64,000 bases of DNA, taken from assembly GCA_963666115.2 (NCBI GenBank), contig CAXXET010000007.1, forward strand, positions 256,595 to 320,594. The letters are read 5' to 3'. Under the pieces are notes generated by a model. That model did no database searches and was not told where the DNA came from. It saw only the letters and a program-made list of their open reading frames with translations. Positions 55,601 through 58,402 of the stretch are shown here, piece after piece. The position numbers and the translations under genes were made by a program. Positions within the stretch are counted from its first letter, which is position 1; each line of letters opens with the position of its first letter. Source of the DNA: Dehalococcoidia bacterium. Its GTDB lineage: Bacteria > Chloroflexota > Dehalococcoidia > UBA6926.

Positions 55601-56502
55601 CGACGCAGCCGCCTGTACACGTCGGGTTGCTGCCGCCGAACGCGGTTTGGTACGTGCTCGCGTTGGACTCTGGCGTGCCGTTGCCGTCCAGGTCCCACTG
55701 CATGGCGATGAACTGCGCCTCAGTGGTCACGTCGATGAGCGTCGCGCTCGCGGCGGCCCTCGCTCCCTCCTCCTGCTGCGATTGCGCGAAGGCGATCTCC
55801 GGCTCCGGGGTGGGCGCGGGAGTGGGAGTCGGCGCCGGCGACGGTTCCGGCGGCACGGGCGGCGTGTACGGCGGGCTCGATTCGGAGTTGCGCCAGCCGC
55901 TGAAACCGCCCGCGTTGCGCGCGCGCACCGCGACGATGTACGCGGCGTCGTTCGCTATTCCTTTAATAGTGATGGCCGTCTCGGCGTGGTCGAACGCCGC
56001 CAGGCTCCAGCTCGCCGCCCCGTCCGCGCTGTGCGTGACGTGGTAGAAAGTCCGCGCCCGCAACGGCGGGCCATGAGGCCGTGAGTTCGCCGTCGCCGCG
56101 CGACACCGTGACGGACGAGGGGGCGGGCGGCGGCGTGGCGAACGGCGGCGCGGCGTCGGAATTGACCCATTCGCCCGCGGCGCCGCCGGAGACCGCCTGC
56201 ACGGCGGCGTAATACGTCGTGGCGTTGTTCACCCCGTTCACGGTGGCGGATGTGCCGATGACCCCGGTTCGGACGCGCGTCCAGCTATTCTTGGCGTCGT
56301 CGCTGGTGTTAACGTTGTAGGAGTCCGCGCCGTCCACCGCGAGCCAGTCAACGATCAGCGTGCCGTCGCCCCTGCTGACCGTGACGTCGGGCTCCGACGC
56401 GCTGCCCTGGTAGGCAAAAGAGGGCGATGCCGCCAAAAGGAGCAATGCCACAGCCGCGACCACCAGCAAGTTCGTCCTGCGAACACGGCTTAACCGCGCC
56501 AC
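24706..56502 (-). CDS. Giant (~10,597 aa reconstructed) membrane-anchored surface protein/adhesin, split by three +1 frameshifts
   Basis: GTG 56502 with GAGGT RBS and signal peptide (..[20 protein letters not shown]). Removing one base at each of 56047-49, 29186-88 and 28693-95 gives one continuous frame to TAG 24706. Ends in a TM helix plus RRRRR tail. Confidence 0.85.
25355..25585 (-). repeat. Pro/Thr/Glu-rich low-complexity linker
   Basis: [56 protein letters not shown]... Confidence 0.85.
28854..56063 (-). CDS. Main 9,069-aa segment of the giant protein (GLUG-like/Calx-beta-like/FN3 modules), as-sequenced ORF
   Basis: 27-kb stop-free frame, Thr/Ser/Gly/Ala-rich. Last ~110 codons after GNWGNWTA are out of frame. 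Confidence 0.85.
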   Translation of the reverse strand: MRARTFYHVTHSADGAASWSLAAFDHAETAITIKGIANDAAYIVAVRARNAGGFSGWRNSESSPPYTPPVPPEPSPAPTPTPAPTPEPEIAFAQSQQEEGARAAASATLIDVTTEAQFIAMQWDLDGNGTPESNASTYQTAFGGSNPTCTGGCVGYEINSDLTITASPTNAGTNYLVPGTFTATFHGNNNTITNNDRRPLFETIGSSGEIKQLHVKTGHTSGAQSAILADTVSGKVTSVSVEGTVTVAGDGGDDKGIGALVNIVESGGTVSGSSSHAVVTATGGASATNTKQEYAVGGLVGYVKSGGKVIASYAAGAVTFKSSGSNWDDQGRRYVGGLVGRVGGTVEAAYAWGSVTASENNNTAGTTTDPLGYTAGGGLVGQVDSGGVVRAAYATGAVGHPGGTNLGNFRTNFFSSAAACSTSTVVNCTGSTLTAIYGSGTVTTFSSNITNPSARTKTETELKTPTDYGSTGIYSTWDDTDIDGDGTTDTPWNFGTSSQFPVLSFAPQGGTTPVPGDQQPVTLTITAASTTVAEGSTTTLTASMGSDTRNYDVRIVSPSSSRYSYDITISKGDTSNTGTFTATGNSAKDGDVSADLTDAVVTPANSVTFGTSDTIAIQDDEIHDVTGVTATAAKQGDNTYDITVSWDAPNAVNTRNADATDGYDLQYKISTTSTWTTFSDNIAIATVTDDIEGVSASNTYNVRIRARASSTKQGDWSSTVNVGVGDDHDTDDDGYIEVTDLAELNAIRWDLNADGTVASGDRTNYLAAFLNAIPGMGCPLTGCVGYEIRANLDLNVSPYNTGDGWLPIGGVSGSQYTGEFDGNADTDTGDGGPYTISNLFIDRSSGRYAGLFAYIYSGNKSIEDVALDNVDVTLNGSVSDNVYVGGLAGRIGGGSEIEDSYTTGRVRAGESASEPITFTAASKDVFIGGLVGEANTSPISSSYSLADVTSHVTSTQSSPTVQAGGLVGTMQGTSSNNNYVVAASYAAGDVVASAVGTSLPGAYAGGLVGDHSGTNGIKASYARGDVSATNSSSGPLMAGGLLGFLLSDAVTGSYSTGTPTTTGTATQGGVGGLVGLSAGSAVNSYWDTATSGQSTSAVGTGKTTGELQTPTEYGTGSSIYAAWNLDFDGTTGNDNPWNFGTANQYPTLQYGSHTAGDQRAVVTLSASPMTIWESNTGGSTRATSTTITATLDTAWDVDVVVTLPTNAAYTTSATTITIPAGSTSADATLNAVNNFTNEDPDARSISLAQSTYPTDSKWISKGTDISITINDDDELAKPTGVKLSVDGAKVQVDWNVVSDATGYKVQWSTANTTAGWGSLTGSKAISSGSTVTHTVESGLATNTLYYFRVLPTKTGADEPPSDVVSTTTRASAGTGDYDVDNDGLIEVSNVAQLNAMRYDLDGNGQVDDSANQSAYDTAFQNAEDNMGCGETGATISSNNTGNPACTGYELKANLNLNVSPHNTGAGWVPIGDGTTAYTGDFDGNNDTDGSGDGGPYTISGLTINLSSTSGTSYAGLFGVIGSGATVENVALAGVSVTGSTTGDAVYVGALAGKNSGTIKQSWSLGAVTAKRTGSGTDKTAYAGGLVGWNDGAIRSAYSRAAVTASTHDANEGYAGGLVGLNDMSDTIEASYAAGAVTANRGTDTTGAAANDSHAGGLVAVNKGTITAAYATGDVSATGLNTDIGGLVAENATGATITASYSLGALSATTESSGTPTKGGFAGSNSGTISDSYWDTTTSGEADDADTNAPEGKSTTDLQTPRSETGIYANWDVNVDGAPGNDDPWDFGTASQYPVLDFGSHTLAKQRVTVTITASPTTIWERVDTGLSRVITSTVTATPSGAWEDDIVVTLPTADATLFTLSATSITISAGTTTAGTVTVTAVDDTVNQTSPDSRSISLSTTSVDSHVVALTISNATITVSDDDNVAKATALKLSVDGTKIRADWTAGAGATGYRVEWNTANSGWDSIPSGQKVDVPGGTTSNYTINPTPALTADTTYYVRVIAVRTNEIDAAPSNVVSTKTHATSPATVDYDADNDGLIEVSSVAQLNAIRYDLDGDGSSTDSNYATAFPNAEANMGCSESVVNIASNTTGNPSCTGYELSASLDLDVAPYNTGVGWDPIGGTAGTGEYTGNFNGNSATYTISNLFINRTSGNYVGLFGKLNGATGRKVQDVALEDVDVTLNLSTASSTSVYVGGLAAYSATDIEDSYVTGRVRAGESASSPVTLTGNVNVYVGGLVGELNASSIDSSYSLADVTTNVAGGSSNVSGRAGGLVGYAQGTGGSVDGSYAAGSVTASVVTTGTPTVSAGGLVGDHSIAGAGASLRASYARGAVSATISKTGNARAGGLVGYLATGAVTGSFSTGAATATATTGTITGGAGGLVGHKNTGTAPASYWDTDTSGITTTEANQVGTGKTTSELQSPTGTTGIYASNWNLDLDGSTGNDDPWDFGSANQYPTLDYGTLTAGDQRVVVTLSVAPMTIWERALTTPPRVNTATVSAALDTEWTEDVVVTLPTNAAYTLSAATITIAAGATAGTATSTLTAVNNLVDAAHNPVALAQADHPAATKWASKGTDVTVTINDDDELSKPTGVKLTVDGSKIRVDWTAVPNATGYTVQWNSTSSTAWSSPSSHTISNGSTVTYSITTGLTANTRYYVRVLPTKSGADEPPSDVVDIKTHAATPATVDYDLDNDGLIEISNRAQLNAMRWDLDGNGQVASGDQTNYNNAFPNAEDNMGCNESVVSIASGNNTGNPVCDGYELRASLDLNAAPYNTGAGWVPIGDGTTAYTGDFDGNNDTSTTDNTDVNGEKDGGPYTISNLFINASSGQYFGLFGKVSGGTIEDVALVNVNITRTGTSATDIDMGGLAGVADSAIEDSYSTGTVRAGYDATNKITLSAAKGVNVGGLVGQNGKSNTSASKIVSSYSTAVVTAYVDGGTNNTSMRIGGLLGYVHSKVDASYGAGAVTGTVTNGGSGSLVHAGGLGGSLIATGAVRSSYARGDVSATANAGTNAAGGLIGFIVSGGSVTASYSTGAVTTAGAGSSKFTGGLVGTNNGTVSTDSYWDSQTSGITTGASGTPKTTANLQTPTEYGTQSTDIYKDWDIDLDSVTTGTQDGWDFGTANQYPTLKYGEQSADDQRLTVTLSVNPVTIYESTTGGSTRDTTSTMTATLDSTWNEAVVVTLPTNAAYTMSATTITIAAGSTTGTATLTAVNNFTNESPDARVISLAQSTHPTDTKWAVKGTDINITITDDDELTKPTGVRASVDGANIQVHWNQVTSATGYELQWNTTSNTAWTSPSTRAITGGSTLNAKITGATVGTTYYIRVLPTKTGADEPPSDVVSITPKSSVAGTGDYDDDNDGLIEVDTLLQLNAMRYDLNGDGVVDDASNQTAYDTAFPSAEANMGCNESVFTISSNNTGNPACTGYELSANLDLNTSPYNTGAGWVPIGDGTTGYTGDFDGNNDTSTTDNTDPNGEKDGGPYTISGLTINLSSTSGTSYAGLFGVIGSGAEIKHVALTGVDVTGSTSGDSVYAGALAGKNSGTITVSWSLGEVTAKRTGTGTDKKAYSGGLVGWNDGTIRAAYSRATVTASSHDSNEGYAGGLVGLNDTSDTIAASYATGAVTADRGTDTTGNADNDSHAGGLAAVNKGTITASYATGDVGATGLNTDTGGLAGENASGATITASYSIGAATATTGTGGTGNTGGFTGSGSGTVTNSYWDTTTSGIADDAGTDAPEGKTTSALQTPTSETGIYASWDVNVDGASGNDDPWDFGTASQYPVLDFTGLTVSKQRATVSMTVSAVTIWERADTGLSRVNTSTITATLSGAWEDDVTVTLPTPVTGNNATHTLTSTTITLSAGTTTPGTTTLTAVDDSVDQTTPDSRNVSLSATSTDSPYIAAIFVPTSAETITINDDDNVSKATGVRLSVDGTKIRADWAPVTGATGYKVEYDDDSAFGSSTTGTVDSGSTTNYRTPALTANTKYYVRVIATKTGELDSPASDVVSATTKSSSGTGDYDTDNDGLIEIDSLLKLNAIRYDLDGDGAADKYDSNNDGDYTDTGEYDYSTQYAAAFPSAEDNMGCHESAVSIASNTTGNPTCDGYELTANLDFDTDDDGDVDTNDYVDLDNDNTKDSNEDAIIWNGGLGWNPIGGGSTAYTGEFHGKDGSTQYTIENLFIDRDATTTGTKYYAGLFGRIDTGAVIQDVALTGVSVTLESTSTEDPQPEVYAGGLVGYQKAGSITGSSVRGAVKAVTKAGNSTQSTFASHAGGLVGYKEAGDIISSYARATVTAEQNAQYGTLHAVAGGLVGYHKAGNVIASYSTGIVNAKVSDDNGVAYAGGLVGEHNGGDIKAAYSYAAPKASNAGSSNTSVTLYVAGLVALQSGGNITASYSTGAPTTDKDGATTGVTETKGGLVASNTSGTTTDGYWDTELSGITATGQGTGKTASQLTTPRQYGTGNNDIYKDWDIDLDSVTTGTQDGWNFGTASQYPVLKHGLTPANQRVTVTMSATPTPIWERALSTPSRVNATTITATLSEKLLNDVVVTPPTDAAYTLGSSTMTITAGSTTATVSLTAVNNRVNAANKQVNLATGAGSSDPRVSFASATPTFTINDDDSISAPPNLVLARQDATEFEINWGRMGTDVASYKVQHKLSTSSTWSTVVTVANSDTGCRVSNNTKCHYTVTSTAGSLYNTRVTAVPSASGEDDSPYATLNVGAGIDYDIDDDGQIEVSSLLQLNAIRYDLDADGTAASGSTASYALAYPSAAPSMGCVSNTCNGYELRANLDFNTNDSTPTADNPTGANTGDTYWNNGSGWNPIGSTAGTAYTGGFDGNMDTDSTGDGGPYTISNLFQNWTTGNYVGLFAYLNSADDEVWHVALENVDITFDNTGGSGASSDVYAGALAGRSGTDITRSYTTGTVTAKAKVTATGTYTYAGGLVGRIMDADILSSYSWADVEADATTSTEATRVYAGGLAGLTGEVPFTNYPDTNVTASWAAGDVTAKAKSGTPDTGDAYAGGLIGASYRGSDIRASYARGDVSATGATGNVYRGALVGFITGTTDNQAPSAITASYATGALSGTTPNPASRCGIIAQKQDGAQINNSYFNGDTLGVTGCGNDNGSSKTTAELQTPTGYGTGTDIYVDWDLDFNNDTNNDDPWDFGTSSQYPVSKHAGSTDNLTVADQRPVVNLTASPTTIYEKVGGATTSTVTATMTEDWDEDIVITLPQAPDGLTVGGTNQSSGFLTFTSGNNGNWGTAQTATVKLAADPGTGKTVVVDFTRLSVHEPEVTPKYLTFTGGTSGTWDTTQNISVVFLAEPTSATTRVSITKNSSNVTTGYKVDLNVYRQAYNLSSPTITLAVGATTGTVTLTAQNDYSDLINGSATLTLLAQPTNSKWVVKGAGANPALTITDDDELGQVTGVSAAQKTDTHGNPAGGATVSWSTLTGATGYVVEWKSGTEIYTSTNQVVAGQANATSADIPAASLTPGTTYDIRVYGTKSGSDHGLSSSETTLTYKGLLVFSGATLAVEEPNSGSATGTYTVKLSVQPSASVTLNLTRGTGSSTTTPTNPTFSPSSLTFTTSNWNVAQTVTVTVTKDSDGVDDVVNILHTATTTGADFSGVTATVVATETDNNKPPTSTSFTHYVKAKSSSSRTIMAVSQSFRYEDENGDKLSYVLIETLPASAQGQLQLVQKGRFAGKPACRNKPNHHLCRDTVTPVTAGQYAPNDQLQISTTRKTLYFYPSDSFSSATFTYRVVDSSNNVSDDSYTATLMLEGLAPARINDLTATGGNTQVSLGWTDPADATITQYEYRYEQSGNQGSWSDWAEVPIALTSADTLTFNSGNYSTAQTANVQLAAAPAAEVKVTLVESGVTFSPSELTFTTQNWNTTQAVSVTLATAPTEDVTVAVSSGIWRNATALTVTGLTNNTLYTFQLRAKNAGGRSPVASISATPKPPPKPHQPKGYTATGSATGVALAWSTPAPTAPTITKYQVRQRVQEGTLSAAPGNGEVFLWWDNPLDPKVGNYEYRYKAGAETYGNWTNMPQLSNTSYTVTGLTNGVKHTFQVRERTHDTSNPPLAAMANVGTYRYAVLDSSNKVTLTWQKAESSNTYRWEYRQRTGAGSYGAWTLISTNWETTTWTSGALTAGTHYTFQVRRLVYVGSQPTPITWEFTALANGTTSKTITWTDPDKDYIDSYQVHRHVRTGATSTGAWTGIAGSNPTTTSYTATNLAAGSFYTFQIRPMYTRLLDDATATPSTTEGWTDITSSGATTVSHSPTGLVRGVAYSFQVRAVNSSGAGPSTEWAYGTRQAAQPTGLTATPGDTNVTLAWTAPSPADPTIDKWQYKKNAETNWTDICNALADSGCSTTTSFLVTGLTNGTAYTFTIRAVNETGNSPNSTTTTAVTPRAAPAKPTGFTAAGKVESVALAWATPSPANSHITGYEYRQTAPVNGVTAWAGDRSIAISWDSPSDTTGITKWQYSAERTANNYGVWADIPNSSASTNSYTITTETNGTPLANGRTYKFRVRAVNSNTTGGLTTLAYNGQVELHWTTPNNASSVHKWQYRYKTTGAYGSWNTICTYHWFGNPRCPNLNVTTVNLLTNGTQYTFQVRGIDSSDNLVNTVLGDATGRPLAAGAAIGGGTARPSATAGWTAISSSSATTIAHTVSSLTNNRLYAFQVRARIHNSLGAASDVKYATPKALTAKPTGLAARSGENATATLTWPTTNTATSWQYSKDNGGTWSAVTPTTVGTNYTYQATGLTNGTAVTFKVRGVNANSQAGPASDGATATPRLLPAPTGVALAKRDSSLYATWTDPSDSTIDKYEYRVTAKDNTSTVAIPWTEVCNSTADSNCATTTSHTTAATLTNGTAYDYYLRVVNTAGQTSAASAKVSETPLALPSAVTNLEAQVHNTQNVFYWDAPTDTTITKVQTGLSLGAGTTTWTDHTIDLTAATVTFTTQNWNTAQTVSVTITDADSNRPTTSLRVRLKPQDGVVFTPAILTFPGGRNWGGSQNVAVKLAAQPSENVTVDIESGFQLNGFTTRNSGLYDGSEYTFKVRAFNASGTGAEATVKFTPQGAPLAPTGFKATAKHQSVLLTWDKFAEPDTHARAGAASFEYVQIKPVTGFAVWRAIPDSDKDTTSYTVTGLTNGVEHEYRIRAVNGHLYGTASSKVTVTPVPVPAAPTSLTAEAGDKYVDLTWTNPADTTVLKQQVRVDTGSWKDIVLPLVTARAAAFTTTDWSTDKTISVSVPANLQRPSVDLTVRLTPQDNVIFTPAQITFPAATWKQPQSVKVKLASAPSENVSVSTTSGFAITAAKVRIAKLTNGTEYSFTVRAVNSAGNGASATAATATPGPVPAAPTLTGSTPGDGEVRLTWTYGGTPAATSWQYRIATSSTRNNTTTWTWSGWGNVASSTGTTRTATVDNLTNGTEYRFAVRGKNSYGSGASSNVRAATPVSVPAKPVNFTVTAGDTQATLNWTDPSDSSITKWQYAQKTSSTYGSWQDIKKLTTHLNAYKTVAGNGSVLLSWDNPSDSKIEKYEYRKGSSSTSFGAWTDIPSSSASTTSYRVTGLTAGAGHYFQVRSVSANVTTLTSHIVTGLTNGTAYTFKIRAANASGNSADSDEVSATPYTVPAKPTGLSATGGNTQVTLSWTKPTSTITSWQFRYALASASYGRWTTITPTGTTTLSYTKTGLTNNSAYKFQVRAVNLIGNGAASDAAQATPVSGVPEAPASLTASGGNEQATLTWTKASNARWVNSWEYTTDDGTNWVAMTNTSDSTRSYTITSGIANATDYTFKVRGVNDAGNGAASSGADARTAPSKPSGFTAVAKTTKTPVVLYTTGQADLTWTDPNDTSITSWQVREWTVGTGGMHVLPGNASATLGWDNANDSTITSWQIREWTSNLGDFISRQNSSTAVTLEWTNPNNSSIAKFQYSPDGTLWTDIPCTGSCTLTTINSHSFTRTYTQNALGVYQIRGLTSSNTAVTVSGLKIWTTIPSSGATTTSRTVTGLKNGQAYRFQVRAVKNTTPETALSEVSVTPASGGGWATIPSSGATTTTHTVTRLTHDTTYNFQIRAVNASASGPASDPSSDVTPTLPTPDTPTGLTAVEGAGQVTLTWTNPNNSTITSWEYSTDNGTNWTAVPSSSASTTTYTVTNLTNGTSYTFKVRAVNDAGNGTASAGVTSTPKAKPAAPSGFTAMGGNGQVVLRWTGPSNSTITSWQYQQKTSGAWGSTWTTVPSSDSTTRTYTVPSLTNNTTYTFRLRAVNISGNGASSDAKTATPVAAPAKPTGFRATPNVQKVKLTWTNPNNSSITSWEYKQDTGNWTTIPSSGASTTTYTIGSLTNDTEYTFRIRAVNGTGNGTQSDAKSATPRALPGKPTGLTATGGNTQVSLSWTNPNNASIARYELRYGHPSASWGQWRAIASSATTTSHTVTGLDNSSKVRFQIRAVNVSGAGPASDSATAVPVASAPNKPTQLNATSRDGSALLRWFNTGHKYFHSWEYRYKSGGSYGDWVTVNTEQTPGYTTHTVGSLTNNTTYTFQVRSKNDAGASPISDTATVIPLARPSTPSGLTATGGDGQATLRWTKTTDTSTTGYRYQYRYWEAGEGGLEAVPGNAQVVLNWTDPNNSNITKWQYRYKEGTENWESWADISSSSATTTTHTVTSLTNGASHQFEVRPYTTGAGSALDTVTTTPSTSEGWKSISGSNHNSTTHTITSVANGKSYKAQLRAVNNARPNGVGDAATSSKFVQYPAKPTNFTATGGNGQATLGWDNPDNSSITKWQYRKKTTGTYGSWTQMSTSASTTTYTVSSLDNGTAYTFQIRAVNATGNGAASDASSPTLYPAKPTGLTAEPGDRRVVLTWDDPDDSSITGYQYSKDGGSNWSTISNSKATTTSYTVTQLTNNTPYNFQIRAVNGTGTGVATDSVSQTPRAVPPQPQDLTATATGTNVSLSWTAIPTTGNNITGWEFRQRKGSGNWGNWTAHFQQRRQHQLAQHYVWAEHRHDILVPGARQELQQRVWAGLGRRLHRHHASPTEGTELGGGAAEGDALLDKPELPVHHQVADAALDGQQCGLHRRQGRRHAGDHAGVDESQ
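39590..55750 (-). repeat. Eight tandem ~2-kb coding modules
   Basis: D.D.DGLIE.....LNA.R(Y/W)DL...G motif near 55740, 53870, 51930, 49970, 48000, 46010, 44030 and 41930, each closed by W(D/N)FG...Q(Y/F)P. Confidence 0.85.
55963..56502 (-). CDS. N-terminal segment of the giant protein (signal peptide + FN3), as-sequenced ORF
   Basis: Protein-like until ...WPAVAGADF, then continues as YHVTH in the next frame. Confidence 0.75.
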   Translation of the reverse strand: MARLSRVRRTNLLVVAAVALLLLAASPSFAYQGSASEPDVTVSRGDGTLIVDWLAVDGADSYNVNTSDDAKNSWTRVRTGVIGTSATVNGVNNATTYYAAVQAVSGGAAGEWVNSDAAPPFATPPPAPSSVTVSRGDGELTASWPAVAGADFLPRHAQRGRGGELEPGGVRPRRDGHHY

Positions 56503-56614
56503 AGCGCGACCTCGCCGGTTTAAACCCCGGTTTGATCCGCGCAAACGGGTATACTCCTCCCCACCAGAGGCTGATTCCAATTGACAAGCATAGTGGGGCG
56601 GCGGTGATATAGGG

Positions 56615-56643
56615 GTGATAAAACGGGCTGTTTCGGTTATAAT
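56615..56643 (+). promoter_or_regulatory. Putative sigma70 promoter for the sensor gene
   Basis: GTGATA(56615-20)-17 nt-TATAAT(56638-43) in the AT-richer divergent intergenic region. A perfect TTGACA also sits at 56581. Confidence 0.5.
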
Positions 56644-56721
56644 GGAATGACATCAGGCGAAATTGGGCGGTTTGGCGCCGCGAACTCCGTTCAGATGCGC
56701 GCCAAAATGCGGAGGTGAACA

Positions 56722-57555
56722 GTGGCTCAGACAGAAAATGAGGCCCCCCGGGCGGCGGCTCTCCAGGAACGGCTGACACGCTTGAGCGAGGCAAGCCTCA
56801 GCATCAACGACAGCCTTGATCCGGACGCGATATTGCAGAGGGCGCTGGACAGCGCGCGATCCCTGACGGGCGCGCGGTTCGGCGTGCTGACAACGCTCGA
56901 TGAGTCCGGCCAGCCGAGGGACTTCCTCGCGTCCGGGCTGACCCCGGAAGAGGCGCAGGGGCTGATGGACATGCCCGGCGGCATGGAGTTCTTCGCGTAT
57001 TTGCGAACGCTGCCAGGGCCGCTGCGCGTCGCCGACTTCGCGGAGCACGTGCGCGCCCTGGGCCTGCCCGATTTCCGCCCGCCCACGCCCATGAGCTCCT
57101 TCCTCACCGTCCCCATACGCCACCGCGGCGACGAGGTCGGCAGCATCCACATCGCCAACGCCGAGCCGGGCAAGGAGTTCTCCCGCGAGGACGAGGAGAC
57201 CCTGGTCATGTTCGCGTCCCAGGCCGCGATGGTCATCGCCAACGCCCGCCGCTACCGCGAGGAGCATCGCTCCCGCACCTCACTGGAGGCGCTGGTGGAA
57301 ACCTCTCCGGTGGGCGTCGCCGTCTTCGACGCCCGCACCGGCGTGCCGGCGTCCCTCAATAAGGAGATGATGCGTATCGTTGACGCGCTGCGCGAGCCCA
57401 ACCAGACGCCGGCGGAACTCCTGGAGACGATGACCTGCCGCCGCGCGGACGGGCGCGAGCACTCCCTCAAGGAGTGGCCGCTGTCCGAGGCGCTGGCCGT
57501 GGGCGAGACCGTGCGCGCGGAGGAGATCCTGCTCAGCGTGCCGGACGGCCGGCGC
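56722..57555 (+). pseudogene. GAF + PAS sensor (histidine-kinase-type input region), truncated
   Basis: GGAGG RBS. GAF (ARSLTGARFG, SFLTVPI, FSREDEETL..FASQAAMVIANAR) then PAS (LEALVETSPVGV.VFD). Protein-like sequence ends at SVPDGRR with no kinase domain. Confidence 0.75.
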
Positions 57556-57698
57556 CTACCTGCTCGAACGCGCGGGCGCCGGCGCCTGAGCGCACGGCCG
57601 GGTGCGGCAGCGCCGCGCCGGCCTCGCGGCGGTCCCGCCGGGCGGCGATGCGGTATGATGCGTGGCTGCGCTGCTTCCGGTGCGGCGCACAGGGAACG

Positions 57699-58399
57699 AT
57701 GAGCTTGCGCATCGTGATCGTGGGCTACGGCCCATGGGCAAGACGGTCGAGCGGCTGTGCGACTCGTACGGCTGCGAGGTCGTCGAGCGGCTCGACATCC
57801 ACAACAACGCGGCGGGCGAAGGGATCGACGCGGCGCGCCTGCCCGCCGCCGACGTGGCGATCGACTTCTCGACGGCCGACGCCCTGCTCACCAACCTGCC
57901 GCGGCTGGCCGCCGCGGGCCTGAACGCCGTGGTGGGCACGACCGGCTGGAACGACCACGAGGCGCGCATGAAGACGATCGTGGCGGACGCCGGCATCGGG
58001 GTGGTCGCCGCGGCGAACTTCTCGCTCGGCGTCAACGTGTTCCAGGTCATAGCCGAGCGCGCGGCGCAGCTCCTGCAGCCGCTCGACGAGTTCGGGGCGT
58101 GGATCCACGAGTCGCACCACGCCGCCAAGATCGACGCGCCGTCGGGCACGGCGCTCGCGCTGCGGGACGGCATGCGCCGGTCCGGGTACGATGCGGCCAT
58201 CGACATGGCGTCGACCCGCGCCGGGTCGTCCCCCGGCACGCATACCGTCGGCTTCGACGGCCCGTTCGAGGCGCTGTCGCTGACGCATGCGGCGCGCGAC
58301 CGGGCCACGTTCGCGCACGGCGCCATCGCCGCCGCGCGCTGGGTGCACGGCAAGCGCGGCTGGTTCACCATGCGCGACGTCCTGGGACTGGAACCGTAG
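57699..58399 (+). CDS. dapB: 4-hydroxy-tetrahydrodipicolinate reductase (one-base frameshift near 57731)
   Basis: MSLRIVIVGYG from ATG 57699 joins PMGKTV after adding one base in the C-run 57731-33. DVAIDFS, VVGTTG, ANFSLGVN, ESHH..KIDAPSGTA, FAHGAI.AA. Confidence 0.9.
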
Positions 58400-58402
58400 G
58401 CC

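Noticed and set aside
39590-55750. CRISPR array or diversity-generating retroelement explaining the repeats
   Set aside because: The repeats are in-frame protein modules. I saw no spacer pattern, cas genes, reverse transcriptase or adenine-specific TR/VR pair.
28693-56049. Programmed frameshifting or phase variation at the three breaks
   Set aside because: The runs are only 3 nt, with no slippery heptamer or SSR tract, and dapB shows a similar indel. Sequencing error or decay is simpler.
17000-56100. Numerous long plus-strand and alternate-frame ORFs (e.g. 49125-51110, 17325-19187, 38976-40712)
   Set aside because: Shadow ORFs of GC-rich, codon-biased giant genes; Arg/Gly/Val-rich with no domain motifs.
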